Source of the DNA: Eukaryota sp. GEM-RC1
Lineage: Eukaryota
Reading direction: 5' to 3'
Length of the DNA stretch: 64,000 nucleotides
NCBI GenBank assembly: GCA_040285855.1
Contig: JAUFOQ010000005.1
Location: 1,984,001-2,048,000 of the forward strand
Part shown: positions 33,254 through 44,959 of the stretch, in pieces
How the letters are laid out: every line of letters starts with the position of its first letter
How positions within the stretch are numbered: position 1 is the first letter of the stretch
The notes under the pieces: model-generated
Seen by the model: only the letters and a program-made list of their open reading frames with translations
What the model was told of the DNA's origin: nothing
Databases searched by the model: none
Made by a program: the position numbers and the translations under genes

Positions 33254-36200
33254 ATGTCCACACCTGAGCCTGAATCTGAGGAACTTATACTGCTCAAAAA
33301 CCGGCTACTTGATTCTTTTTTCTCTCCGAGAGGCCGTTTGGAATACACTCTATTCAGATCTACAACAACAGTTTGTATCATACCTATTCTCATTCTAGAC
33401 GCTTAATTAATGAATTCATAGATCCTGATAACAACACCCAGAAACTACTTCTATTCTACCTCAATTCATCTGGCGAACTTGCTACCATGTCACCACCTCT
33501 TGAGAACATCCCTCCGGGATATCAAAATCCACGTGGAACTGTCGTCATCCAACACAAAACATCTCTTTCTTTCTTCGATATTTCTCTTAAAGCACCCTTG
33601 GTTCATCTCAACTCTTTAATCCACTCATTCGTCCACCCTATGCTCTTCGCCTCCTCTTCTTCCCTGGCCCAAGGTTCTACAAGAAGATCTCCGCCTCCAT
33701 TACGACCGTCTCTCTACCTCTCTCTCCTCTGCCCTATCCTCTCTCCAAGGCAAAATGCTCCTTCCAAACCTTTCCACTCCTTCCACAGATTCCTCCCAGG
33801 GAGATCTCCTTCGCCTTGAGGAAACCATTGCCCAATGGCGCCAACTTATTGCTTCGAGGGTCTCTCTTACTTTCGGTGATGGACTTAATGATGACGTCAC
33901 TGATTCTCAGCAAGTCAGTTTGGTTGGAGAAGTTGACTATTGGGAAAAGCTCTTAGAAGATTTGGTATTTCTACATGAACAACTTAATTCTGAATCGTCT
34001 ATGAAGTTGGCAGAAATATTACGTATCAACAGCTCAAAATACACGTCATATTTTGACCTTTTGAATAAGGATGTGGATGCTGCTATTGCCAGGGCTAGTT
34101 GTTTGAAGAACTTTCTAAAGCCCTTGAAAAGCTGGTTTGAAAAATTAGAAAATCTTCGAGATCTTTCTATTGATGAGACGCTGACTGTATGCGTTGCAAT
34201 GCCACGTCTTTTACGATTATTCTGGGAAAATATTTGCATTTCTCTTGCTGAAACCCAATCAAACTCGTGTTCTTCAATGAAATCAAATCCCCCTTTGATT
34301 TTGTTATTAAAATTGATTGGAAAAGTTCAGTATGCGTTAATCCTTGGGTTTTCAGATATTTTAAATTGTGAAGATGGTGGTGTTTTTGGCTTAGAGACAG
34401 CTGAAGTTGCTGTTTCCATTTCAAATTGTCAAAAATTTTCATCAACTTTCATTCGTCATTTTGAAGAGGAAAAACAAAGACTACACGAGACTTCACGTGA
34501 CAATCACGTCATTGATCCATGGGGTTTTGCTGTAACTGATGTCTTAGCCGCGCTCTATGAATCAAACCATAGATTAGAAACATTGAAACAATTCTTTGAG
34601 ATAATTACTCAATTCAGTCGACTAGAAAAAATAGAAGTCGGAGCAATCATCCAACATGGTACAGAAAGTTCTAAGAGATTAAAGGAGATTCATGAGGAAT
34701 TCGTTGTACTGCAAGGTACCTGGCAAAGGTCGGGTCTACATCCTTTAGCTGTGATTTTCAACTCTTTCCTTGAGGCAAAGTATCAACCTCTGGGTCTTGT
34801 TTTCTTGAAAACTGATGAGTATATTGAACAATTCTCAATTCTTATGGAGACTATATCCAAATGGACCAGAGAAATAGCCAAGATCATTGACCAGTCATTC
34901 AACTCATCTACTTCGATCATCAATGGACTTAAAATATTCGATTCATTCCGCCACTTTGCTTCTAGACCGGAAATTAAGTCAGTAATTCTTCCAGGAATGG
35001 TCACGTCACTCTCAATGTTTGAAAAGAAGTTGATCTAATTTGGAACTATTTTAATTCCGCAGATACTGATAGTACAATTCTATTCAATAACATGCCAACT
35101 CACAGCGGTCAGTTATTTTGGTCTAAAATGTTAAAAGAACGACTTGAACAGCCACTCTACTACCTATCTCAATGGTCCGTCGATGGTTCTTGCGCTGTAT
35201 CAAAGGAAAACTCCATCTTAAACCATCCTGCTGCTAAGAAGGGGGTAAAGAGGTGTAACGAGTTGTTGGAATTGATCCAAGAGTTTGACAAAAAAGTCTA
35301 TGATGAGTGGATGTCAGAGGCAGCTCAACAAGCAGTGTTGAACTTAAAAACACCTGTTCTGAGTCCTATTGCTGACTCGTCATCGCAGTTTGATTACCCA
35401 CTCATTCAAGTCAATTTTGATCCAAAGTTAGTAACTCTTCTCAGAGAGGTTAAATATTTTAAATTAATGAATCTTTCCATTCCTGATGAAGCTCAGTCTC
35501 TTTTCGACGAAGGTTCTAAATTCCGCCATTGGATCGCCTCCTTGACTGATGCTTCTAGAAACTATAATAGTGGAATGATGCAGGTTCGACCTAGTGATTT
35601 TAATGTTTTCAAGCCACTCATGGATCTGTTGTATCACGAGGTTGATCGCCTCTGTCGTGATGTTCTTTGGGTTTCTGATGGTGCCAGCAATGCAATCGCT
35701 GGCATTGTTAAGAAGAGTACAATGTTCATGTCTTTAGTTTCGAATCTCTTAAGTAATGAGGCTAAAGTACTTCAATCTATTGAGCAGTTGAATCAGAAGC
35801 CTATTGTTTTTAGAAAGAAGGGAAAAGTTTTTAGAATTAATTCTACTCGAGAAGTGGAAACTCTATTGGCTAAAGTCTCTTCTAATTTCCCACATTTCAC
35901 CACGTGTTCTGAAAGTGTCACTCAAATCTTGAATCAATCATTTTTAACACTTTCCAATTCCAAAGAGGATAATTTTGAGCTAGTTGTGAATGAAGAAGCA
36001 TGGCAAAACTATCTCAACTTTGTTACTGATAAAGTGGCAGAAAAACTCGAGTCTCTTATCATCAATTCTTTACAACATTTGTTGGATCAGTTTAAGGTAC
36101 CAGTTCCGCTTGTTGTACCCGAACTAGTGATTGATCGAAAGACTAAAAGTTTAAAATTCTATCCTGGTGAAGAAAATGATGACGTGTCTTTGTTACAAAT

Positions 36201-39200
36201 TTTCCAAAGCATCACTGAAACTGTAGTTTCTGTTGGTGATTATTTCAAATGTCCCAATAATTTAAACGAGACCGCAACATTTTTGGAATATTTATCCAAA
36301 TCTGCCAAAATTTCGGACATTTCTGATTCAATTTTAAACAACGTCACATCTGCGGTCACTGTTCTTAAATCCATCAAGCACTCCTTCAATCAATACTCAT
36401 GGCTTTGGACTGTTTCCCCCAGCTGAAGAGTTGGAGTTCTTTTTAATCCATGGGTCGGTATCACGTGGTGATCCTATCTTAGAGGAAACTGATTATCACC
36501 CAGAACCTCCATCTCTGGACCTTTTTGATAGTGAATTACGAAAGTTCTTTTCATTGTCTAAGAAGTTTAACATGTTTCCCAGTCTTTTGTCAATCAATCA
36601 AAAGAATGACCTTATTGATTGTGATTTTCCCAGTGATTTCGGATGGCTCTCTGTTGACGTTTCCACTGCCAAATCTGTTCTACTCGCACTAGTTTCTGAC
36701 TGGCAAAAGATTTACGCCGATCATTTGTCTGATTCTTTAGTAAATGGTATGGCTAATATCAGAAACTTTGTTTCAGAAGCCAATGAAGTTTTCTCAGTTG
36801 ATCTTGATGGATCTATCCCAAGTAAATTACTATCAGAAATAATGAAGTGGATCATTGATACACGTGAAAATTCCACAGTTTTCGACCGTCAATGTGTCAA
36901 ATTACGTCAGACACTTTCCGTATTAAAAAAGAATGATTTGTTAATCAACATCACGTGCTCTTTGGAAGATATTGATCAGTTGGAGAATGATTTTGCAGAT
37001 TTAAAGAAACTAGCCGTAATTGTCTCTGAAAAAGTCCAACCATTTAAACAAATGGAAGTACTACGAGTTAAGGAGCGTCTTTGCGACTTTGATGATGATT
37101 TCAGAGATTTTAAAAATTCTTTTAAAAATTCAATGGTTACCAAATTCTCTGAAGACGGTTCTCGTGAAGCCTATGAACTCTTAGATCAGTTTGAAAAACG
37201 CCTTTTAGAGTTTGAATCTCGATATGAAGTTCTTCAATCAGAACAGAAGCTTTATGATATTACTATTGGAGACTCTAGTAAGCTAGGATACTTGAGAAAT
37301 GAACTTAAGCTGTTAAAGTCTGTTTGGGATGCTAATGCTCTCATCACGTCATCATTTTCTGAGTGGAAGACCACAACGTGGAGACGAATTAACACTGATA
37401 CTATGGAAATGGATACCAAGAACTTTAACAAAGATTTAAGACTCTTGAAGAAGGAAGTTCGTGGTTATGATGCTTATACAGGTCTTTCTGATCTTTTGAC
37501 TAACTTTTTAAATACTGTTCCTTTGATTGCTGATCTTAGGAATGATTCAATGAGAAAACGTCATTGGAAGGAAATTTCCAGATTAACCAATCAAACTTTT
37601 GAAATTTCTGATAATTTTACGTTAGAGGATATGCTTAAGTTAGAGTTGCACAAATTTGCTGATGATGTATCGGAAATTATTTTAAAAGCAAGAAAAGAAG
37701 AACAAATTGAAAAAACAATGCAAAGTCTTGATCAAATCTGGCAAAATTTAAAATTTGATTTCGCAGAACATCCTGATCGTAAGGGTTACTTAATGCTTAC
37801 AGTTTCTGATGAAATTGTTGAACAATTAGAATCTGACATGGTCTTAGTTCAAAACATGTCTTCTTCCCGTCACGTCACCCACTTCGTTGATGACGTCAAC
37901 CAATGGTTAAACTCTTTAGGAACCACTGATTCAGTCATTTCGACTTGGTTAGAAGTACAAAAGATTTGGGCTCATTTACAGTCTATTTTTAAATTTTCTG
38001 AAGATATTCGTGAACAACTACCTGACGATGCCAAAAGATTTGACGTCATTGATGATTCCTGGGGTACTCGCATTGCAGAAGTCTCAAGAAATCCTGCTGT
38101 TCTTGATTGCTGCTGTACTAAGGGCTTCTTGGAGTTTCTTGAAAACATGTCTGTTGAACTCGATAGATGTCAGAAATCTCTAGACAATTACCTCGACACG
38201 AAACGTAGAGCATTCCCTCGCTTCTATTTCATTTCCCCTGCAGATCTATTAGATATTCTATCCAAGGGAACTCGTCCTAGAAAAGTCCAACATCACATGG
38301 GTAAGATCTTTGATTCTATTGCCAAGTTGGAGTTTGATGACGATAGCAGTCAGGATGATACCGTTTGCACTGCTATTGGTATGCACTCCAAGGATGGCGA
38401 GTATGTCAAGTTTGCTCATCCTGTTATTCTTTCAGGCCAAGTTGAAGTATGGCTAAACCGAGTAGTTGAAGCAATGAGGAGTAACCTCAAATCCATTCTT
38501 AATGATGCTGTGAATTCCTATGATGCTTCTAGAAGAATTCAGTGGATGAAGGAGTTTCCCGCTCAAATTTGTATAGTCGGGTCACAGATTTGGTGGACTT
38601 CTGATGTTAATTATGCTTTCCAAAAGTTAGTTGAAGGATCTGAAGACGCTTTGACTGATTATTACAAGACGCAACAAAAGCAAATTAATGAGTTAATTAA
38701 ATTAATTCAAGGAAATCTGACCAGTCAGGAACGACTCAAGATCTGTACTCTTTGTACCATCGAGGTTCACGCACGTGATGTCGTGAATGATTTGATTGAA
38801 CAGAAAGTTGATTCTCCAGACAACTTCCAATGGCAGAAACAGCTTCGATTGAAGTGGGACGATCAACGATTTGATTGCTTCGCTGACATTTGTGATGCTC
38901 AATTCCAATACAATTATGAATACCTTGGTAACACCCCAAGACTGGTCATCACGCCTCTAACAGATCGGTGCTACATTACACTTACTCAAAGTCTGTGGTT
39001 ATTCATGGGAGGAGCTCCCGCTGGTCCTGCTGGAACTGGTAAAACCGAGACTACCAAGGATTTAGGTAGAGCTCTCGGATTGATGGTATACGTGTTCAAT
39101 TGTTCAGAACAGATGAATTTTAAATCTTTGGGTAATATTTTCAAAGGTTTGTCGGCTTCTGGATCCTGGGGATGCTTTGACGAGTTCAACAGAATCTCTA

Positions 39201-40165
39201 TTGAAGTGTTATCAGTTGTAGCTAGTCAAGTAAAGTCAATTCTAGATGCTGTAAGAGGCTCGAAACCAGAGTTTTGGCTATTGGATGAATACGTTACTCT
39301 CAAGCCAACTGTCGGTGTCTTTATTACTATGAATCCTGGTTATGCTGGAAGAACTGAACTACCTGAAAATGTAAAATCTCTCTTCCGTCCAGTTTCTATG
39401 GTTGTCCCTGACTTTAAGCTAATTGCTGAGGTAATGCTCATGGCTGAAGGTTTCGTTGGAGCTAAACTCCTGTCTCTCAAATTCACAACTCTGTACTCTC
39501 TCTGTAAAGAGTTGTTGAGTAAGCAGCATCATTACGATTGGGGTCTACGTGCTATTAAATCTGTTCTTGTTGTTGCTGGTGCTTTGAAAAGAGCCGAACC
39601 TGATGTTCTTGAACAGAATATCCTAATGCGAGCTCTTCGAGATTTCAATCTACCTAAAATCATTTCTGAAGATGTGGAAGTTTTCATGGGTTTGATCTCT
39701 GATCTTTTCCCTGCTCTTAATCTCCCGAGGAAGGTTGATGAGACTTTTGAAGAGGCAGTTAGACAATGCTGTGTGGAAGTTGACCTCCAGGCTGATTGTG
39801 AGACGTTTGTTTTGAAAGTTGTCCAGTTGAAGGAACTTTTGGAAGTTAGACATTCAGTGTTTGTACTAGGACCAGCTGGTTGTGGTAAAACTTCTGTTTG
39901 GAAGGTATTAGCTGCTGCAATGAAACGATTCTATGGTAAAAAGGTGCTAACGCCTGATATCAATCCAAAAACTCAACCTGCCAATGAGCTGTATGGGTTC
40001 ACGAATCCTGCCACTAAGGAGTGGCGTGATGGTATATTGTCAAAGACGATGAGAGAATTGTCTGAGATTGAGGATTCAGCTGAGTCGGTGTCACCGAAGC
40101 TTACAAAGCAGGTGCAAGATGTAGAAAGTAAGTTAAAGGGGTTAAGGAAAAAATGGAATTTCTAA
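33254..40165 (+). CDS. Axonemal dynein heavy chain, outer-arm beta/DNAH9-11-17-like; N-terminal half only (tail, linker, AAA1, start of AAA2)
   Basis: WPKVLQED...GKMLLP, VNFDPKLVTLLREVKY, AFPRFYF, YEYLGNTPRLVITPLTDRCYITL, GPAGTGKTETTKDLG, WGCFDEFNRI, FITMNPGYAGRTELPEN, HYDWGLRAIKSVL, GPAGCGKT, WRDG. Pieces join by 1-nt homopolymer shifts at ~33318, ~33663, ~35023 and ~36418. Confidence 0.93.
33371..33398 (+). other. Probable 28-nt spliceosomal intron in the dynein 5' region
   Basis: GTTTGT...TTCTAG; removal joins LYSDLQQQ to RLINEFIDP in frame, given one extra T in the T6 run at ~33318. Confidence 0.5.
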
Positions 40166-40767
40166 TATTTTAATTTCTAATATTTTAAATTGTTTCTGGG
40201 AAGTCCAGTTTTGTACTTTAGTAAATTAAGTTCTCTGTTTTTATTTTGTTTAAATACAATTTTCAATCTGACCGTGTACATTGAATATGAACTTGACATT
40301 TTACCACAAAGCTCATACTACAGTAGCTATTAGACATCTTTAGTTGAGGTTCTTAACTGGAAATCATCAAACGGTAAAACCCTGAGTACAGCAACTTTCA
40401 GATGCATTAGTGAATAATTTCGCTTAACGATGCTTTAAGGAGTGAATGAGTTTATGTTGGCTGTGATTACGGAAATTCCAGCAAAACACATGTTAACATC
40501 ATTTGATTGTACACTTTCAAGATGACTGGTATCATCGTAAACTAAATTTCATTTAAGTTCAGTGTATCATTCATCTGAAATAGTTTTACTAACCCAAACA
40601 ACTTCATGAATTCAGGGGTTTGATGTATCTAAATATAGAAAACAGTTCAATGTCAAAAATGGATATACAGTTCTTGTAGATCTCCACAATCAACAGTAGT
40701 CGGACAAAACAGTTACACATACATGCATTGAGTTAATAAATTTTATTGAAAGTAACACTACAAGCTC

Positions 40768-41395
40768 TTACTTTAACATTAATAGAAACAACACAAGGAG
40801 ATATCCACACACTCCAAACAAAATCTGAGTTGACGTAATGGAACCCTTTACTTGGGTTGGTTTACACTGTGGAGCACTAATTGGTTGCGATCGTTTGGGT
40901 TGCTGAGCAGCTCTTAGCCTCATTCCCTGTCCAACGCTCACATCGTATTGTTGCATCAGCGGAGATTCAGATTTAGGTCCTGTGTATCGTTGTTGTGCAG
41001 GTGAAATCACCGGCGAAGATGCAGAATGAGAAGGTGATGATACACTCCAAGTAGGAGAACTTATCCCTGCTTGAACTTCATCTTTGGGTTCTTCGTCAAT
41101 TACTTCCAAAGCCCTTGGAGAAAGAAGAAGCTGGGCGATGTCCAGAAACTGATGAGACTTTAATAATGCTACCTTCAAATTGAGTGTCATCAAAGTAAAA
41201 AGCATCATTGTAATTGTCCTGAGAGTTGAATCCAATGCGCCAACAGTCATCCGATCCATCATAGACGATGTCATCGGCTTCGAAGAATTCTTTGACAGCA
41301 CTTTCAGATGTTTCAGAGGGAATTCCACTGACTGCTATAACATAGGGAGCCACAGAAGGTGTTTCTGTAGAGATATTAGATTGAGGAGAAGACAT
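40768..41395 (-). CDS. RRM-like domain protein with Ser/Pro-rich linker and C-terminal hydrophobic (tail-anchor) segment; one frameshift ~41120
   Basis: YVIAVSGIPSETSESAVKEFF...WRIGF...DDTQFEGSIIKV fits an RRM pattern; the second frame ends ILFGVCGYLLVLFLLMLK*. Confidence 0.6.
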
Positions 41396-41441
41396 CAGGA
41401 AAGAAATAGGGGATTTCTCCCAGATTGACAATCCGAAACTA

Positions 41442-41453
41442 CTCACTATAACT
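41442..41453 (+). promoter_or_regulatory. Candidate initiator-like element CTCACTATAACT
   Basis: 10 nt before ATG 41464; the identical 12-mer lies 4 nt before the BTB-SPRY ATG (52693-52704, minus strand). Confidence 0.5.
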
Positions 41454-41463
41454 TGTTTAACTC

Positions 41464-43658
41464 ATGGCATCTTCACCTACAAGCTTGGTTGGTAAAATAC
41501 TGGAGATGAAGTCGCGTCTGCTCTCTCAGGAGTCATCTCTTGATGATCTGATATCATTATCTTCTCCACAGTTTTCTGATAAAAGCGTTGCAAAGGCGTT
41601 CTGTGAAGTAATAGAATCGTTTTCTTCTTCCAGTGGTGAAAACCAACAACTTTGTGGACAACATTACATCATTAAAAACGTAACTCATATCCAATCGCTT
41701 CATTTACAAAGCTTACCAGTACAACGATCAGCAGCCTCCTCTCTAATATCCCTAACACTAAACAACTCTTTCCACGCCATTGAAGCTGTTTCAGGTGGAG
41801 CTCTCGAATCTCTATGCCACTCCTTCCTACACCATTCAGAAGTCCTCTCTCCTTCGTCATCAGAGCTCTTGCCAATCGTCAACGCTATCAATTGCCTTAT
41901 TCAGGGTAGCTCTTCGTGTTCTTTTTCATCTGTTTCCACTGATTTCTTAGCAGCACTCGAAAGCTCTACTGATTTGAAAAGTTTTCTGTTATCTTGGAAA
42001 CAAGGGATCATTGAAACTCCCTTTAAGAAAATCCCAAGATCTTTTATTCTCTCCACGGTTTCACCTGAATTAGATCATTTAAAATCGATTATAGCTGGGG
42101 GTCGTGATTCCCTCAATCTATTAAACGATGATTTGACTGTTTTGAAGCTCAAATGGTTAGTAGAAGTAATGAAGAAAAGGCGTTGAAGGAGAAGATGAAT
42201 AGTTTGGAATCTGAGTATAGTAGAGCTCAGGATGAGTTTTTGAAAGCGGAAAGTAAGCGAACTCAACAGTTGAGGAGTATTGATGATTCAATTCAGAAAC
42301 AGGAAGAACTTATTTTAAAAGCTCAACAACGGTTGAAACAGTTACTGGAATTTAAAAAATCTCTCACATATGATGAAGATTTGGAACGAAAACGTGTGCT
42401 TTCTTCCCAACTAAAGGCTAATTTTGATGAAATTTCAACAGAATTTGAAAAATTTCATCTTAAATCTGATCATTTGCGATATCATTCAGATAAGTTATTT
42501 CGTCAAAAACGTGTCTGTGACGACTCAATTAGTTTCACAGATCAAATATTCCGAAATTTTCTAAAAAGGTCCTTGAATCAGCTAAATGTACCTTATGACA
42601 GTAATTCAACATCTGTATCTTGCTTACTCAAAATCGAAAATTTTAAAAATTGCAAGAATCACTTTGATGTTCTAATCACTGGTTGTAGAAGGCCGTTAAA
42701 CCTGTTAGGTTTCCCTAAACTACGGTCATTTCCTGCTGCAATTTTAAAAATGCATGATGGAATAGAAAATTCTTTTCAGCTACCATCAAAACATCCGGAT
42801 TTAATTGAATCATTTTTAAAAGTTTTAGATAAAACTCTAACAATCTTATTGAAATTTCAAACTGCTGCTGATGCTGACACATCTATATCTTCTGTTTTTG
42901 AAAGATTTTTCCCTGATGAAACCGACTCAGAATGTGCAGTCAATCTATTTCCTCTCTTTGATTCAATGTTTGAGCAATTTGATGACGTGACGAATTTCTT
43001 CATTCATTGTTCAATGTACAATTCTCCTCTAATTTATTCAAATTATTTATCTTATTTAATTCTGAATTCTGGATGTCCTCTACATTCTGGAGATCATTCA
43101 AATTCATATAATCAGAAATTTTTGAAAATGTTAGGTAAATGTTCTGGTTGTTGCTTTGTCTTTTGTTTTGTTCATTTTCTGGAGTCATTTAAGTCATTTG
43201 TTGATTTCCTCTTATCTTCATCTTTTTTGTCTTTGAATCAACAAACCAAGGCACGTTTGGAACCATATTTGAAGCTTTTTGATGTTAAGTTTTGCAAATT
43301 GGAGCAACAATTAGAATTGCGCCGTTTTGAATTATCTCTAAAAATTTCAAATATTGTTGAGGAAGGTCGATTTTTCCAAATTTCGTTTGTTTCTCTAATA
43401 AGAAGAGTTCCTACGGACGATTTAGTCGATATCTACTTCTTTAATGATGCGGTTTTGTTAATATCTCCTTCTTTTAATGATAGATACTTGTGGATCTACC
43501 CCAATCAAATCAAATCAATTGCTATTTCAAATCCAATCAATTCACATGTTAGATTAAAAAGTTCAAATATTTCTGTTATTTTCGATTGCCATTCGTCTGA
43601 AATTGCTGATCAGTTAATAACTCATGTTAGAGCCGTAAAAGAGCATCGATCGAGGTAG
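41464..43658 (+). CDS. Protein with helical N-terminus, coiled coil and probable degenerate DH-PH (RhoGEF-like) C-terminus
   Basis: ORFs 41464-42186 and 42153-43658 join by one T in GTTTTG (~42141). Coiled coil at 42160-42450; PH-like DIYFFNDAVLLIS plus a terminal helix. Confidence 0.6.
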
Positions 43659-43721
43659 TTTCTACAATGTTTTGCTTTTCCACACTTTAAAATATTTAAC
43701 ATATCATATTAAATTTGATAC

Positions 43722-44554
43722 TAGGACTGTCCAAATTCGGTTCGGTTCAGTTCCGAACCAGTTCCAAACTGGTTCAACCCAGTTCAGGTTCACTAATTTA
43801 GTCGGTTCAGGTTCACTAATTTAGTCGGTTCAGGTTTGTGATTTGTTGGAACTGAACCTGACCAGTTCCGAACCAGTTAATTCATCAAAATATAATTGCT
43901 TCTAGCAATGCATTTAAGCAATAAACATCAATATGAGATCTTTTTGTTTAAATTATTTTGTGGAATTGACGAAACTGCGGTGTTTGGTTGTCGTCTTTGG
44001 ATCCCCGAATTCGCAAAGCCAGGCTTCCTGGAACAGATGAAGTTGCTTTTTACATGGATAAGTTTGAGTCGAAACTTGATAACATGGAATTTCAACATTT
44101 CGTTCGGATTTAGTCTTAGTATTAATCATTTGTTTTTACAATTTCATAGTTTTGTAGGAAGGTTTCCTTATTGGGTGCCGAATAAAGTTTTCTCTTCTTG
44201 GAAAGTTGTTCAACTGCTCTAGTAGAAGACAATATATTCGAACCTAATGTTAAACGTTCAAGATCTAGTTTAAGTGTTACTGAAGGACAACCGCTGAATT
44301 TCGAACTTCTTTGTCTGATCGGTAGTTAGTTTGATGTCTTTGCTGAAATTGTTTGATGAGCGTGGTTAAGTGTAGATTTGTTGACTTAATTATTTATAAC
44401 TATTAAAATAAAGATGAAATTCCGTTTTGAACTAGTTCTGAACCTGTTAAAACTGGTTGAGGTTCAGGTTCGTAGTTTTGAGAACCAGTTCAGGTTCGGT
44501 TCGGTTCGGTTCAGGTTCATGGAGCTTGAACCGAACCTAATTTGGACAGTCCTA
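43722..44554. mobile_element. Non-autonomous hAT element (833 bp)
   Basis: Perfect 16-bp TIR TAGGACTGTCCAAATT; 8-bp TSD TTTGATAC (43714-43721, 44555-44562); GGTTC subterminal repeats. Confidence 0.93.
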
Positions 44555-44959
44555 TTTGATACCATATCGATTGATTCCATTTACACTTATGTATAGTGCC
44601 TTTAGAATTATGTTTAGTACAAGTTTACTTAACTCAATTAATTCAGTTATTTTTGGGGTTCTAGTAAAAATGACAAAACTGTTACAACTAATAAAAAATG
44701 CCTTTTACCTACACTTACAAATTCAGAATACCATCAATCAAATGTCTCAATTCGAGAGGCGGTTTAAAATCTAATCAAAACACCTAAACAATGCATTAAA
44801 GAGTAAACCGTCCTCCAATAACTTTCATTAAAATTCTTTCCATACTATTTCCACATTTTACCGAAAGACGTGAAAAACTATTACTTGAGAATCCAAACGA
44901 TCTGTGATTAGAAATAGCAAAATGATGGAAATCCAGTGATAAAGGTATGGTAAAACGAT

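Noticed and set aside
40166..40767. Continuation exon of dynein
   Set aside because: No frame gives WIxLDGD/WIESLN or other AAA2-3 motifs.
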